Below, piece after piece: positions 15,629-24,578 of a stretch of 29,812 nt of DNA; within the stretch, counting starts at the first letter, position 1; each line of letters begins with the position of its first letter. The stretch comes from a virus (lineage: Duplodnaviria; Caudoviricetes). The notes under the pieces are model-generated. The model saw only the letters and a program-made list of their open reading frames with translations, searched no databases and was not told where the DNA came from. The DNA lies in the IMG/VR virus record IMGVR_UViG_3300017771_000067, positions 1 to 29,812 of that record. One strand, written 5' to 3'. The position numbers were made by a program, and so were the translations under genes.

Positions 15629-15691
15629 GTGACCAGAATAGAAAAAGCAGGACTTAATTTCTGTGAGAAAAAAGGAAACTACTCTGGTCAC
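15629..15691 (-). ncRNA. Large-loop hairpin in the 3' UTR of the lysis operon, with anti-RBS loop
   Basis: 13-bp stem GUGACCAGAGUAG/CUAUUCUGGUCAC (the G-U pair favours the minus strand); 37-nt loop UUUCCUUUUUUCUCACAGAAAUUAAGUCCUGCUUUUU. Confidence 0.55.
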
Positions 15692-15698
15692 TTACATT

Positions 15699-16127
15699 TT
15701 ATAACCAAGCTTTTACAGAAAAACAAGGACAGGCTTTAGAAGCATACTCATTATGTCCAGACACTTTAGTAATGCTTGGAAACTGCTTTTTGTAATCTTC
15801 TATCAGTTGACGCAAAGATGCTTCCTGCTCTGGCGTAAAGCTGTCGCTAAATTCTCCATCAGCAACACCACCTCTGCCCCCAACTAGGCTTACACCTATG
15901 GTAGTCTTGTTTCTGCCCCCTACATGCGCTCCTGTGCGCTCTACAGGGCGTCCGTAGCCTACTGAACCATCTCTGTGAACAATACTATGATACCCTATGT
16001 CAGACCATTTACGTTCATCAACGTGCCATCTGCGGATCTCAGCCACGACATCTTCTACTGGTTTGTCTGCCATCCAACTAGGATTAGTTGCTGTAGCGTG
16101 AATAATTATTTCGTCTATATCTCTCAT
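15699..16127 (-). CDS. Endolysin, N-acetylmuramoyl-L-alanine amidase (T7 lysozyme-like)
   Basis: IIIHATAT, WSDIGYH, GAHV.G.N, GHNEYA.KACP zinc-amidase motifs. Confidence 0.93.
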   Translation of the reverse strand: MRDIDEIIIHATATNPSWMADKPVEDVVAEIRRWHVDERKWSDIGYHSIVHRDGSVGYGRPVERTGAHVGGRNKTTIGVSLVGGRGGVADGEFSDSFTPEQEASLRQLIEDYKKQFPSITKVSGHNEYASKACPCFSVKAWL

Positions 16128-16501
16128 TTTTTACTATCCGTTTTTTTAAGTTTATCGAATGACCTCATGCCACCCATTCCAAGCATCCCAAGCAACAATG
16201 GCATCATTACTGACATATCTGCTTGAGGTATGTTGAAACCAAATCCCATTGCAATAGGAGCCACCATATAATTTATGCCAAGTGATATTCCTCCGATCCA
16301 ACCGATAAGTGGACGCCAAGACGATTGAAACCAGTTGCCTTGAGCATCGGCTTTAAGTATTTCAAGTTGCGCCATAGCCAGTTCTTGCGCATGTTTGTCG
16401 CTCATGGTTGCAATTTCATGCGCTAATTTTGCAGCTTGATCTTTGTCTTGTATTACCTTTCCAAGCAAACCACTGACAGGTTCAATAAGTTTATCTATCA
16501 T
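16124..16501 (-). CDS. Holin (3TM / GTA-holin-like)
   Basis: F.SSWRP.IGW...LLGMLG.GGMRSFDK motif; adjacent to the amidase. Confidence 0.85.
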   Translation of the reverse strand: MIDKLIEPVSGLLGKVIQDKDQAAKLAHEIATMSDKHAQELAMAQLEILKADAQGNWFQSSWRPLIGWIGGISLGINYMVAPIAMGFGFNIPQADMSVMMPLLLGMLGMGGMRSFDKLKKTDSKK

Positions 16502-16806
16502 GTATCTTTATTCCCTACGTTTGTGAAACCATAATAGCTTGCAACAATAGCAGCAATACTGACATAATAAATATTGCTCATGCTACTTAGCATTACTGAA
16601 GCTTGTGGTAACTCCATCCATTCTGTGAAAACAACGCCAAATGGAAAGAGCAACATACCAAATAAACTGAACCAACACATGCGTCTTTGCGCATCTCTAC
16701 GGGCATCATTGTCACTCATAATGCGCCTGCGATCCTCTAGCATTATTTCACGTTCTTCGGGATCTATTTTTCCGTTGTCGTTTAAGTCGTATTTTTGTTT
16801 GGGCAT
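16498..16806 (-). CDS. Two-TM membrane protein with N-terminal EF-hand-like loop
   Basis: Start at 16806 (AGGAG RBS); DLNDNGKIDPEE; two hydrophobic segments. Confidence 0.75.
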   Translation of the reverse strand: MPKQKYDLNDNGKIDPEEREIMLEDRRRIMSDNDARRDAQRRMCWFSLFGMLLFPFGVVFTEWMELPQASVMLSSMSNIYYVSIAAIVASYYGFTNVGNKDT

Positions 16807-16984
16807 CTGCATACTCCTGACATATGCGCCTATTATAACCAAGAATAATTAATTTGCCAAATTTATCGTAAGCAGCCCACTTTTTGCCATGTTCGATAAT
16901 TACAGGTTCTTCACCTCTAGGCAAGCTACCTTCATGCTGTTGTGCGTCACTAGTATTTTTGCCTTTTCTGCCTGCGCTAGACAT
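16748..16984 (-). CDS. Possible small overlapping protein (start uncertain)
   Basis: The segment IIEHGKKWAAYDKFGKLIILGYNRRIC fills the 16807-16899 gap; both ends overlap neighbouring genes. Confidence 0.4.
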   Translation of the reverse strand: MSSAGRKGKNTSDAQQHEGSLPRGEEPVIIEHGKKWAAYDKFGKLIILGYNRRICQEYADAQTKIRLKRQRKNRSRRT

Positions 16985-17070
16985 TGCTCTTTGTCCGAAT
17001 AAGTGCCGATCTGGTAATATTTCAGATTATCGGTGTTTATAAAATGTAAAAATATCAAAACATAAATCAT
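16900..17070 (-). CDS. 56-aa hypothetical protein with hydrophobic N-terminus and two Cys
   Basis: Not in the ORF track. ATGA coupling. MIYVLIFLHFINTDNLKYYQIGTYSDKEQCLAQAEKAKILVTHNSMKVACLEVKNL. Confidence 0.7.
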   Translation of the reverse strand: MIYVLIFLHFINTDNLKYYQIGTYSDKEQCLAQAEKAKILVTHNSMKVACLEVKNL

Positions 17071-17522
17071 GGAAAATAATCCCTAACGTCTATCCAACCC
17101 ATATAGTGTAAGTAAGCTGCAGACCCAACAAACGTAAAAATTAACAATACTATTATTCCAACAATCGTAACCATTAACTCTTGCTGCGCAATAGCGTCAC
17201 GCCTTGCTTGCGCTTCAGCTTCCCTTTTTTCTGCAAGAACTTCTCTACGAATTTTTAAAAGTTCTAGGTATTTTGATCTTCCGTAGGTCTGTGTAATCCA
17301 CTCTTTAAGCTCTTCTTCAGCTTCCGCTGCTTGTCTAATTTTAGCCCAACGATCCATTGCCGTAGCATTTGCACTTTTGCTTGATATACCTTTTTTCTGT
17401 AAAGTTTTCTTTGCTTGGTCAGTTGCGTCAAAGAATTGTCCTATTTGTTTGCTAAGACCTGCAATAGACTTGCCTGCCGCAAGCCCTGATTTGATGCCTG
17501 CTAATATTGTAAATACTTCCAT
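17067..17522 (-). CDS. Coiled-coil protein with C-terminal TM (lysis region)
   Basis: 151 aa; helical body, hydrophobic C-terminal segment. Confidence 0.75.
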   Translation of the reverse strand: MEVFTILAGIKSGLAAGKSIAGLSKQIGQFFDATDQAKKTLQKKGISSKSANATAMDRWAKIRQAAEAEEELKEWITQTYGRSKYLELLKIRREVLAEKREAEAQARRDAIAQQELMVTIVGIIVLLIFTFVGSAAYLHYMGWIDVRDYFP

Positions 17523-17524
17523 AT

Positions 17525-17941
17525 TTACCTACCGTCAGAGTTCATCGGGCGTCTTGTCAGGTATTCCATTGTGTTTTCTAAGGTTTTTATCCTAGCTTGC
17601 AATTTAACAATCTGATTAAACTGTAACAGGAAACCTTCTTGGGTTTCGTAAACATCTTCAAATTCTTCATAGATTTCGTCAATAGTTTCACCACCGTCCT
17701 CTTCAACTTCTATAATGTAATCTATGATTTCATCTATTCGCTCAGTGTTTTCTTCAACATCACGAATAAGGTTTGTGCGGTCAGTAGCATTGTTCTCAAT
17801 AGTTAGGGTTTCTACTTGCTCTGTAAGACCTTCAATAATTGATGCCTGAGAAGAAGCATACCATATACCACCACCCACAGTAGATACAATAGCTACCACC
17901 GCACTAGCAGCAACCGCGATATTTACCTTGGGCAGATCCAT
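17525..17941 (-). CDS. N-terminal TM plus acidic coiled-coil protein
   Basis: 138 aa; AVAASAVVAIVSTVGGGIWY followed by heptad-like sequence. Confidence 0.75.
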   Translation of the reverse strand: MDLPKVNIAVAASAVVAIVSTVGGGIWYASSQASIIEGLTEQVETLTIENNATDRTNLIRDVEENTERIDEIIDYIIEVEEDGGETIDEIYEEFEDVYETQEGFLLQFNQIVKLQARIKTLENTMEYLTRRPMNSDGR

Positions 17942-18217
17942 TTAATAACCGTTAGCAACCAATTTACTAAACTCACCTGACATCAGTTTTTTCTTGATGT
18001 ATTCGTTTAGCTCTTGGCTACCTAGTTTTGCGCCGCACTCTTTCATCCACATCTCAATAACAACAAAAGGTATAGACCCTGCAAGCCGCATGTCCGATTT
18101 ACGGTTATGTCCATCTATGTTGCGCTCTTTATTAAAATCTAAAATGCGCTGAATATCCTGACTGCGGTTAATTACAATTTTGCCATCTTCATCAAAATAT
18201 CGTGTTTGTACGCTCAT
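17942..18217 (-). CDS. Hypothetical protein downstream of the capsid gene
   Basis: 91 aa; QD...IL..NK...R.AGSIP..VIE.W pattern; ATGA coupling. Confidence 0.75.
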   Translation of the reverse strand: MSVQTRYFDEDGKIVINRSQDIQRILDFNKERNIDGHNRKSDMRLAGSIPFVVIEMWMKECGAKLGSQELNEYIKKKLMSGEFSKLVANGY

Positions 18218-18468
18218 TTTTTAGCTTTCTTTTTTTTTGGGGCTACACCACCAATCCAAGCTTCATTGGTTTCTGTAGTTGGATCATCTGCTTTTAAATG
18301 ACCTTTAGCGTTTCTTGCTCTTTTAGGTTTAGATGCACCAAGCTCTAATGCCATGCCTGCCTCCACCATCGCCGCACCTGTTTCATCATCTATTTCTAAC
18401 TCTTGGCCTTTCGCGCATGGGCTACCGTTTGCCCAAGGGTTTCTGTCACTTGTAATCTTTATTCTCAT
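18214..18468 (-). CDS. Hypothetical capsid-region protein with basic C-terminus
   Basis: Start at 18468 (CAGGAG RBS); KRARNAKG...ADDP.T..NEAW. Confidence 0.75.
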   Translation of the reverse strand: MRIKITSDRNPWANGSPCAKGQELEIDDETGAAMVEAGMALELGASKPKRARNAKGHLKADDPTTETNEAWIGGVAPKKKKAKK

Positions 18469-18484
18469 TTCATTCTCCTGTTGT

Positions 18485-18508
18485 GGATGGGGCATTTCTG
18501 CCCCACCT
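18485..18508 (-). terminator. GAAA-tetraloop hairpin after the major capsid gene (attenuator or stabiliser)
   Basis: GGGGCA-GAAA-UGCCCC core; no U-tract. Confidence 0.55.
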
Positions 18509-18512
18509 ATTT

Positions 18513-19505
18513 TTATGATGCGTTGATGTCTGCAACGATACCATGTGCTTTTTGCGAAGTTACCTGTAAGCCATATTCGCAGGAAATTAAGCGGCGTTCT
18601 GACAGCCCTGTTTTCGCCAACGCTTCTTGCTTGGCAGTCTGTAGATACGCAACCTCTGCATATGATGGATCAAGAACAAGTACGTCAGGTGTATAATCTA
18701 CACTTGACACTGTTCTGACACGCATATGGCGATTAGGCGCAATTTGAACTTCCCCGAAGTCGGAAATATATACGTCAATCGCAGCATTTAATTTACTATC
18801 TTCTGCTTCTTTGTAACGTGTTGCGTTACCAGTGAAGGTAGAAATTTTTTGCTTTTGCGCTGAACCACACATAACAACTTTAGGTGTAGCACCAGAGTTC
18901 CAACAACTAGCAATAACAGTTTTTAAAAGTGCTTCTGTTATAGGGCGAAGTGTACCGTCAGTTGCCGCAGCATTGACAAATCCACTTTCACCAGAGCCAG
19001 AAGTTGTACCGTTAGCACCTGAACCACCACGCGATACGTTGGAAGTTAGATACGCAGGTAAACCTGCAGTTGCCCTAGCAGTACCAGAAGCACCTGCATT
19101 TGCAGCTACGTTAGATAGAAGCATAGCTTCCATGTCACGCTTTAGCTCAGAAAGCTTGTAAGCAACCTGTTTTGCTACTGTTTGTGCGTTTGCAACACCA
19201 TTTACAGCTTGGTTAGTAGAAGAAACTTCTACAACTTTAGCTGAAATTTGTGTGTAACCACCTTTACGAACAGCGTTAGTTGGTGCTGTGTTGGAAAGAC
19301 CAACGTCACCCTCTATCTGTCTGTTTGCGCCAGTTGCAGCAAGATCAACTTCACTCCACTCAAAGTAGGTATTATCTACGTTCCTAGAGCCGATTGTACT
19401 CATCAGTAAAGTTTCAGTTGGACTTATAGAAGCCATTGCTTCTGATAAATCTTCGCGGATTGTTGTGACATCATATGTCTCATTTGTATTAGCTGTTACA
19501 GCCAT
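18513..19505 (-). CDS. Major capsid protein (DUF5309/SU10-type HK97 fold)
   Basis: 330 aa; REDL...I.P.ETP-like, FEW..D.L, YTQI..K, ELKRDME, D.Y.SDFG, LAKTG motifs; follows scaffold and portal. Confidence 0.92.
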   Translation of the reverse strand: MAVTANTNETYDVTTIREDLSEAMASISPTETLLMSTIGSRNVDNTYFEWSEVDLAATGANRQIEGDVGLSNTAPTNAVRKGGYTQISAKVVEVSSTNQAVNGVANAQTVAKQVAYKLSELKRDMEAMLLSNVAANAGASGTARATAGLPAYLTSNVSRGGSGANGTTSGSGESGFVNAAATDGTLRPITEALLKTVIASCWNSGATPKVVMCGSAQKQKISTFTGNATRYKEAEDSKLNAAIDVYISDFGEVQIAPNRHMRVRTVSSVDYTPDVLVLDPSYAEVAYLQTAKQEALAKTGLSERRLISCEYGLQVTSQKAHGIVADINAS

Positions 19506-19529
19506 GATTTTAGTCCTTTTGACAAAAGA

Positions 19530-20513
19530 TTAAGATAGTAGCCAGTTAGCAACATCATCTGCGCTTCCTGACCGTTTCATTGCGTCTAATGCCTTGTCTT
19601 TATTTCTGCTTTGAGCCGCACTTGCAGACCGTTTAGCTGCAGGCTTGACCACAGGCCGCGCACCTTCAGCTTTTTTCTTAGCTGTTGGTTTGTTGGCTTG
19701 TAGCTTTCGCCATTTAATAGCATCACTAAGGATCATAACTTCTTCGGCAGTTTGCACAGTGCTGATTTGATCATCAGTCAACTTGTAATGCTCTTTCGCG
19801 TTTTCTGTCATTTCCTTAACAAAAACTTGACGCTTTGTTTCGTCCTTAAACTCAGGCATCCATTCAGCTAACCGCATGGCTTGCTGATTTAGACTTTCTG
19901 CATGTATGCGATCTTTCTCTTGTTGATCACGTTGTGCAACCCACTTAGCGTTTTGTTCCCATTGTTGACGCTGCTCTACAGCCCTACGATACTCTTCTGT
20001 TCTCATATTGTATCCTAGAAGATCAGTGTCTTTCATCTCTTCTGGTGGATACTCAGGGATTGCAGGTATAGCACCGTTTTTTGCTTGCTCTAGCATTTGA
20101 CTTAGTATTTGACGCTCTTGAGAAACTTCCTGTTGCAGTTGTTCGAAGTTCTTACGGTTTTCGGCAACTTCAGTCATTCCTTTTTGGATATACTTTTGTC
20201 CTGAGTAACCCCTTTTCAGTTCATCCAGAGTGACTTCTTGCTCTTGTCCATCGACTTTGACCATGTAAGTTTCTGGTTCGACTGTTGGCTCTAATTCCTC
20301 AACATCCTCAGTATCAGGTATTTCATCATCGATGTCTGATACATCATCGACATCAACATCTTCGGCAACTTGCTCTTCAGCTTCGGTTTCTGTGTCCAGA
20401 ATTGCCTCCACTTCTTTATCAGTTACTTGATCTTGATTTTTAGGCACTTCCATAATCAAATTTTCGGCAACCGCGCCCATGTCGTCACCGTTGATTGGGT
20501 TAGTCTCTTCCAA
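19530..20513 (-). CDS. Capsid scaffolding protein
   Basis: Acidic N-terminus, Y.VKVDG.E.EVTLDELKRGY, coiled coil, basic C-terminus; TTG start. Confidence 0.88.
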   Translation of the reverse strand: MEETNPINGDDMGAVAENLIMEVPKNQDQVTDKEVEAILDTETEAEEQVAEDVDVDDVSDIDDEIPDTEDVEELEPTVEPETYMVKVDGQEQEVTLDELKRGYSGQKYIQKGMTEVAENRKNFEQLQQEVSQERQILSQMLEQAKNGAIPAIPEYPPEEMKDTDLLGYNMRTEEYRRAVEQRQQWEQNAKWVAQRDQQEKDRIHAESLNQQAMRLAEWMPEFKDETKRQVFVKEMTENAKEHYKLTDDQISTVQTAEEVMILSDAIKWRKLQANKPTAKKKAEGARPVVKPAAKRSASAAQSRNKDKALDAMKRSGSADDVANWLLS

Positions 20514-20757
20514 GGTGCTTTCCCTTCATATTAATGAGAGTTACAGCGTCTATATTCGCGTTTAGCAATCTCTCTATTTCATTTAATGCCCTAAGTATGG
20601 CGTGAGCATCCTCACGTTTCTCCACCTCTGGGGCGCTGCTACTTGCGAAAACGCTTAACTGCATTTCACGCAAATCCTGTACGGCTTCCTTAAACCGATC
20701 ATCTTCCAATAATGATTTGGACTTTTTAGCTTTTAATTCAATAGCCGCCAGATCCAT
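20500..20757 (-). CDS. Small protein between portal and scaffold
   Basis: 85 aa, helical; overlaps both neighbours. Confidence 0.75.
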   Translation of the reverse strand: MDLAAIELKAKKSKSLLEDDRFKEAVQDLREMQLSVFASSSAPEVEKREDAHAILRALNEIERLLNANIDAVTLINMKGKHLGRD

Positions 20758-22855
20758 TCATTCCACCCATCATTTGTTCATTGTGCTGTCTTACAGCATT
20801 TTGTTCCTGTTTAATAGCTTCTACGTCAACGGCTGTTCCATATTTGCCTAACAACTCAGCAACCTTAACGGCTAAATCTTGAACCATTTCATCTCTAGCT
20901 AAATCATCTTTCATAGCTAATTCGTGCATTTTATACTTATTATCCATTTGCATTTTTGCCATGTCCATCTGTGCCTGCGTCTGCGTTTTCATTGCTTCTG
21001 CTTGCACGATGGCTTGCGTTGGATCTTGTTGTTGCGCCATCTGCGCCATCATCTGTTGTTGCTGTTGAGCCTGTGCCATCATTTGCTGTTCTATTTCTGG
21101 TGACATAGGCATAAAATGACGGTCAATATTTCTTATACCGCCTAATGCTAAAATATCTGCTAGTGTGTTTCTAATTTGTGTAAGCGTAACCACTCCGTTA
21201 GTTGGCCCATAAGTTTGATAAAGTTGCTGTTGAATACCAAACGCTAATTGTAAAGCCGCAGCACGTTCATTTTCGCGCCCTGTACCTAAACCAACATTAA
21301 CGGACAAATCCATTTCTGCAGACCAAGCTCTAGGATCTACTGGTACAAACTGACCATTTAATCGCATGACTTCTTCTTTATCTGTATTTTTTACATACAA
21401 ATCTAACATAAGCTTAAACAGACGTTTCATGCCACCTTCTGCTAGGTTTCGCGCAATAACTTCTGCCTGACCTGCCTGACCTTCCATAGAAGCGGCTATG
21501 CTTGTAGCTGTAGCACTTTTTAGCACATCAGGATCTAACCCCTGCGCCATCTTGCTAACACCTGTTTTATTGTCTACTACCTGATCAAAATATTGTAATG
21601 CAGGCAAAGTTTGCGCTGCGGTAAAAGGCACTGACATTTCTTGAACAGCATTTGGCGATTTTACTCTTACCACTCGTCCGATTTCGTTGTTCAGTAAATC
21701 TTCGACATGAACCTGACCATCTAGTATTTGAACTGCAGGATTGTTTGTCAGTGCTGCGTTATCTAATATGCCGCGAAGCATAGATGTTGCTGCGTCTTGG
21801 TCTGTTATTGTTAAATCAACCAGTGACGTTCCAAAGAAAGCGTGTGGTTCTGGATCAATCTCAAAAATAGAATACGGCGCATGATCTGCTTCGTAGAATT
21901 GCAAAAGCTTGTGATTAGCGCCTACGCATAAAAATTGATAAAGCTGCGGAACGCCTGACCCTTCAATGTCAAGCTCCATATAAGCTGTTGTTAATGTTAT
22001 TTTCTTTGATGAACCAGAAATGTTTTCATCTTCACCATCGTCAACCGCATAACCTCTGCGCTCAAATTCAGCTTCGTCATCTGATGCAGAATATTCTGTA
22101 TGATCAAGACCTTGCAAATCATCTAAGCTAAAACCCATAGCCAATATATCAGAAACACGCATTTCTGAAGTATGACCGCAAACATAAAAATCTTCGATGC
22201 TTCGTGCGTTTCTATCTACAAAAAAATCTTCTGGCGGCACACTTTCTATACAAATTTCACCGTCTGATATATTTCTAATTAATTTAACGTCATGTATAGG
22301 CGTTTCAACTTCTATACCATCTTCACTCATAGAAGCAGCCATTTGCACTTCATGCTCAAGAACTTCTACGTTGTCATCAGAAACAAGCAGCGTAAATTCA
22401 TCTTCTGATAAACCTGTTAACGTGTGCGTTTCTTGCTCCATGCTTTCGTTGTAATAAACATAAGCCACACCAGTTTTCTTAACCAACGCATCTTGGAAAA
22501 CATCGTTTATTAACTTGTAGCCATTGTGCTGTTGAAACTTGTAATTAATAAACTGTGTCGCTTGTTCTGCCGCCTGCACATCTTCTGCACCCCTTGGCAC
22601 AAATTCTACAGGTTTTTCGGTTGCTAAGAATACACGTTGTAATGATGGCTTTATACCACGAACAACTTCACGACATTTAGACGAAACCACACTAGAACGT
22701 CCGTCCTCATGCCCTAAATCACATTCTAAATCGTAATAACGCTGCGCTTTAACTCTTTGCGGTTCTATTTCTGCGTCACAAAAATCAATAGCGTCCGAAA
22801 CTGCTTTGGAAACTATGTTTTCAATCTGTGTTTTATCTAGTGGCTCTAACCGCAT
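20738..22855 (-). CDS. Portal protein (P22/SU10-like, Gln/Met-rich C-terminal barrel)
   Basis: 705 aa; GRSSVVS, F.PRG.ED..AAEQAT, DALV.KTG, VPPEDF, TAT motifs; Q/M-rich tail. Confidence 0.92.
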   Translation of the reverse strand: MRLEPLDKTQIENIVSKAVSDAIDFCDAEIEPQRVKAQRYYDLECDLGHEDGRSSVVSSKCREVVRGIKPSLQRVFLATEKPVEFVPRGAEDVQAAEQATQFINYKFQQHNGYKLINDVFQDALVKKTGVAYVYYNESMEQETHTLTGLSEDEFTLLVSDDNVEVLEHEVQMAASMSEDGIEVETPIHDVKLIRNISDGEICIESVPPEDFFVDRNARSIEDFYVCGHTSEMRVSDILAMGFSLDDLQGLDHTEYSASDDEAEFERRGYAVDDGEDENISGSSKKITLTTAYMELDIEGSGVPQLYQFLCVGANHKLLQFYEADHAPYSIFEIDPEPHAFFGTSLVDLTITDQDAATSMLRGILDNAALTNNPAVQILDGQVHVEDLLNNEIGRVVRVKSPNAVQEMSVPFTAAQTLPALQYFDQVVDNKTGVSKMAQGLDPDVLKSATATSIAASMEGQAGQAEVIARNLAEGGMKRLFKLMLDLYVKNTDKEEVMRLNGQFVPVDPRAWSAEMDLSVNVGLGTGRENERAAALQLAFGIQQQLYQTYGPTNGVVTLTQIRNTLADILALGGIRNIDRHFMPMSPEIEQQMMAQAQQQQQMMAQMAQQQDPTQAIVQAEAMKTQTQAQMDMAKMQMDNKYKMHELAMKDDLARDEMVQDLAVKVAELLGKYGTAVDVEAIKQEQNAVRQHNEQMMGGMNGSGGY

Positions 22856-22864
22856 ATTTTATCC

Positions 22865-24574
22865 TTACATATTTGGAAGTGTGCTTGACCCTAGCATACG
22901 CAACAAGCCAAGTCTGCCTTGATCCTTAACTAATTGATTGCCCATGTATTGTTGACCAACAGATGAACCCATCAAATTATTTCTAACTGAAGGAAGCATT
23001 GTTCCTGCGACAGCCGCATAACCTGCCATTTTTGGATCTTGTGTCAGGGCATAAGTACCTGCGCCAAGTCGTGCAGCTTCTTGACCTGCCCCACCTGCCC
23101 CACTTCCAAGAAGTCTTGGCGCGGTTCCGCTTTGAGGCAATACTTTCATAACTGAACTACCTGCTTGCGCTAAGTTTCCTAAGTCACTCTCTCCAAACAA
23201 CCTTTTCCGTTTAAATACAGCCGTTGTTGCGCTTGCTAATCGTGACGGAACGACAAGACCTTCATCAAATCCCTTGCCGCCCTTTAACGCCCTTTCTATA
23301 GCCAAGAAATCTCTATATCTGCGGTTTGTGTTTACCCAAAGTTCTTTACCTTCAACACCTAAATTTCTATGTATCATTTCTTTTAATTCTGGCAAAATTG
23401 CTCTTGCAGCATCGCCTGTTTCATCGCCTTTTCTTGTCATATTATTTAGAGTTTGATGATAATATTTTAGCTGATCCCCTGATAATGATTGACCTGTCTT
23501 TTTAGATTGCCGAAAAGCGTTATACATTTCTCTAAAAATTGGACTTCTTTGCGCAGGCGCGATTGCGCCACCGTATGTTCTAAGCGCTGAATTTAAAATA
23601 CTCATATTTTCTTTTGAAGGAATAACTCTGTTTGCAGCCGTATCAAGGTTATTAATTGTTGAATTAAAGCCTTCAGCCATTTCATCATAAACACGCCGTA
23701 ACTGATCACCTGTTGCCCTGTTTGCGTCTATACCAATTCGTTTCAACGCAGCGCGACTAAATGCTTCAAAAGCTGCTTCCTGCAAGTTTCTTCCTGCTTG
23801 TGTAGCTTCTTCCCATGCCTTTACGTCCACATCGTCAAATTTAAAACCTGCAGTTGGTAGCACACCTTCTTTCTTTAACAACTCTAAATGCTGTTTTGTA
23901 GTACCTGATATTTGACCACCTCTAGGACTAATAATTTTTTTAGCTAATGACGGAGTTACCAAAGCTGTAGCTATCTCTACTGGTAATTGTAGTGGAGTAT
24001 CCTCTGCAGCTTTGCCTGCGAAAAAAGACGTTAACGCAGGTAAAACACCCATTGTAACAACATTCTTCCCTGCCAATGGCAAAAACTCACCAACACGCTG
24101 CGTTGCCTCACTACCATATTCTTGTGGTTCATAATCTAAAAAATTAGGTGCTACCGCATCTACGGCAGGTTTAACTTTTCTTTCTGACAAATTACCAATT
24201 ATAGGAAGTGTTAAGCCTCTTTCCATTCCTTCACGAAATTCGTCTGATGGCTCTCTCCCAGTAATTTTTTCATAACCAAATTCTGTACCTTTTTGCAGTA
24301 AATCACCTATAATAAAAGGCAAATCAGCCGCACCTGCAACGCCCCTACCAACACCAGAGGTTAGTGACATTCCGTAATCTTTTGCTCTGTCACCTAAAGT
24401 TGGTGGCTCTTTAGGTGTTGTTTCTCCTTCAAACAAATTCATGTTAAACTTGTTTAAAGCAAACTTTTCTATTGCTTTTATTTCATCTAATTTTTTTGTA
24501 TTGTTTTTTATTGAGTTATAATAAGTAACAATTTCGCTTGCATTTGCTTCGTCTAAATTTATTGTTTCTGACAT
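22865..24574 (-). CDS. Putative DNA ejection / internal virion protein
   Basis: 569 aa, helical with Gly/Ala-rich hydrophobic patches (P.SGTAPRL); in the ejection cluster. Confidence 0.65.
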   Translation of the reverse strand: MSETINLDEANASEIVTYYNSIKNNTKKLDEIKAIEKFALNKFNMNLFEGETTPKEPPTLGDRAKDYGMSLTSGVGRGVAGAADLPFIIGDLLQKGTEFGYEKITGREPSDEFREGMERGLTLPIIGNLSERKVKPAVDAVAPNFLDYEPQEYGSEATQRVGEFLPLAGKNVVTMGVLPALTSFFAGKAAEDTPLQLPVEIATALVTPSLAKKIISPRGGQISGTTKQHLELLKKEGVLPTAGFKFDDVDVKAWEEATQAGRNLQEAAFEAFSRAALKRIGIDANRATGDQLRRVYDEMAEGFNSTINNLDTAANRVIPSKENMSILNSALRTYGGAIAPAQRSPIFREMYNAFRQSKKTGQSLSGDQLKYYHQTLNNMTRKGDETGDAARAILPELKEMIHRNLGVEGKELWVNTNRRYRDFLAIERALKGGKGFDEGLVVPSRLASATTAVFKRKRLFGESDLGNLAQAGSSVMKVLPQSGTAPRLLGSGAGGAGQEAARLGAGTYALTQDPKMAGYAAVAGTMLPSVRNNLMGSSVGQQYMGNQLVKDQGRLGLLRMLGSSTLPNM

Positions 24575-24578
24575 AACC

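Noticed and set aside
20960-21095. CAG/ATG-rich quasi-repeats in the portal gene
   Set aside because: They are explained by the Gln/Met-rich C-terminal barrel typical of P22-like portals.
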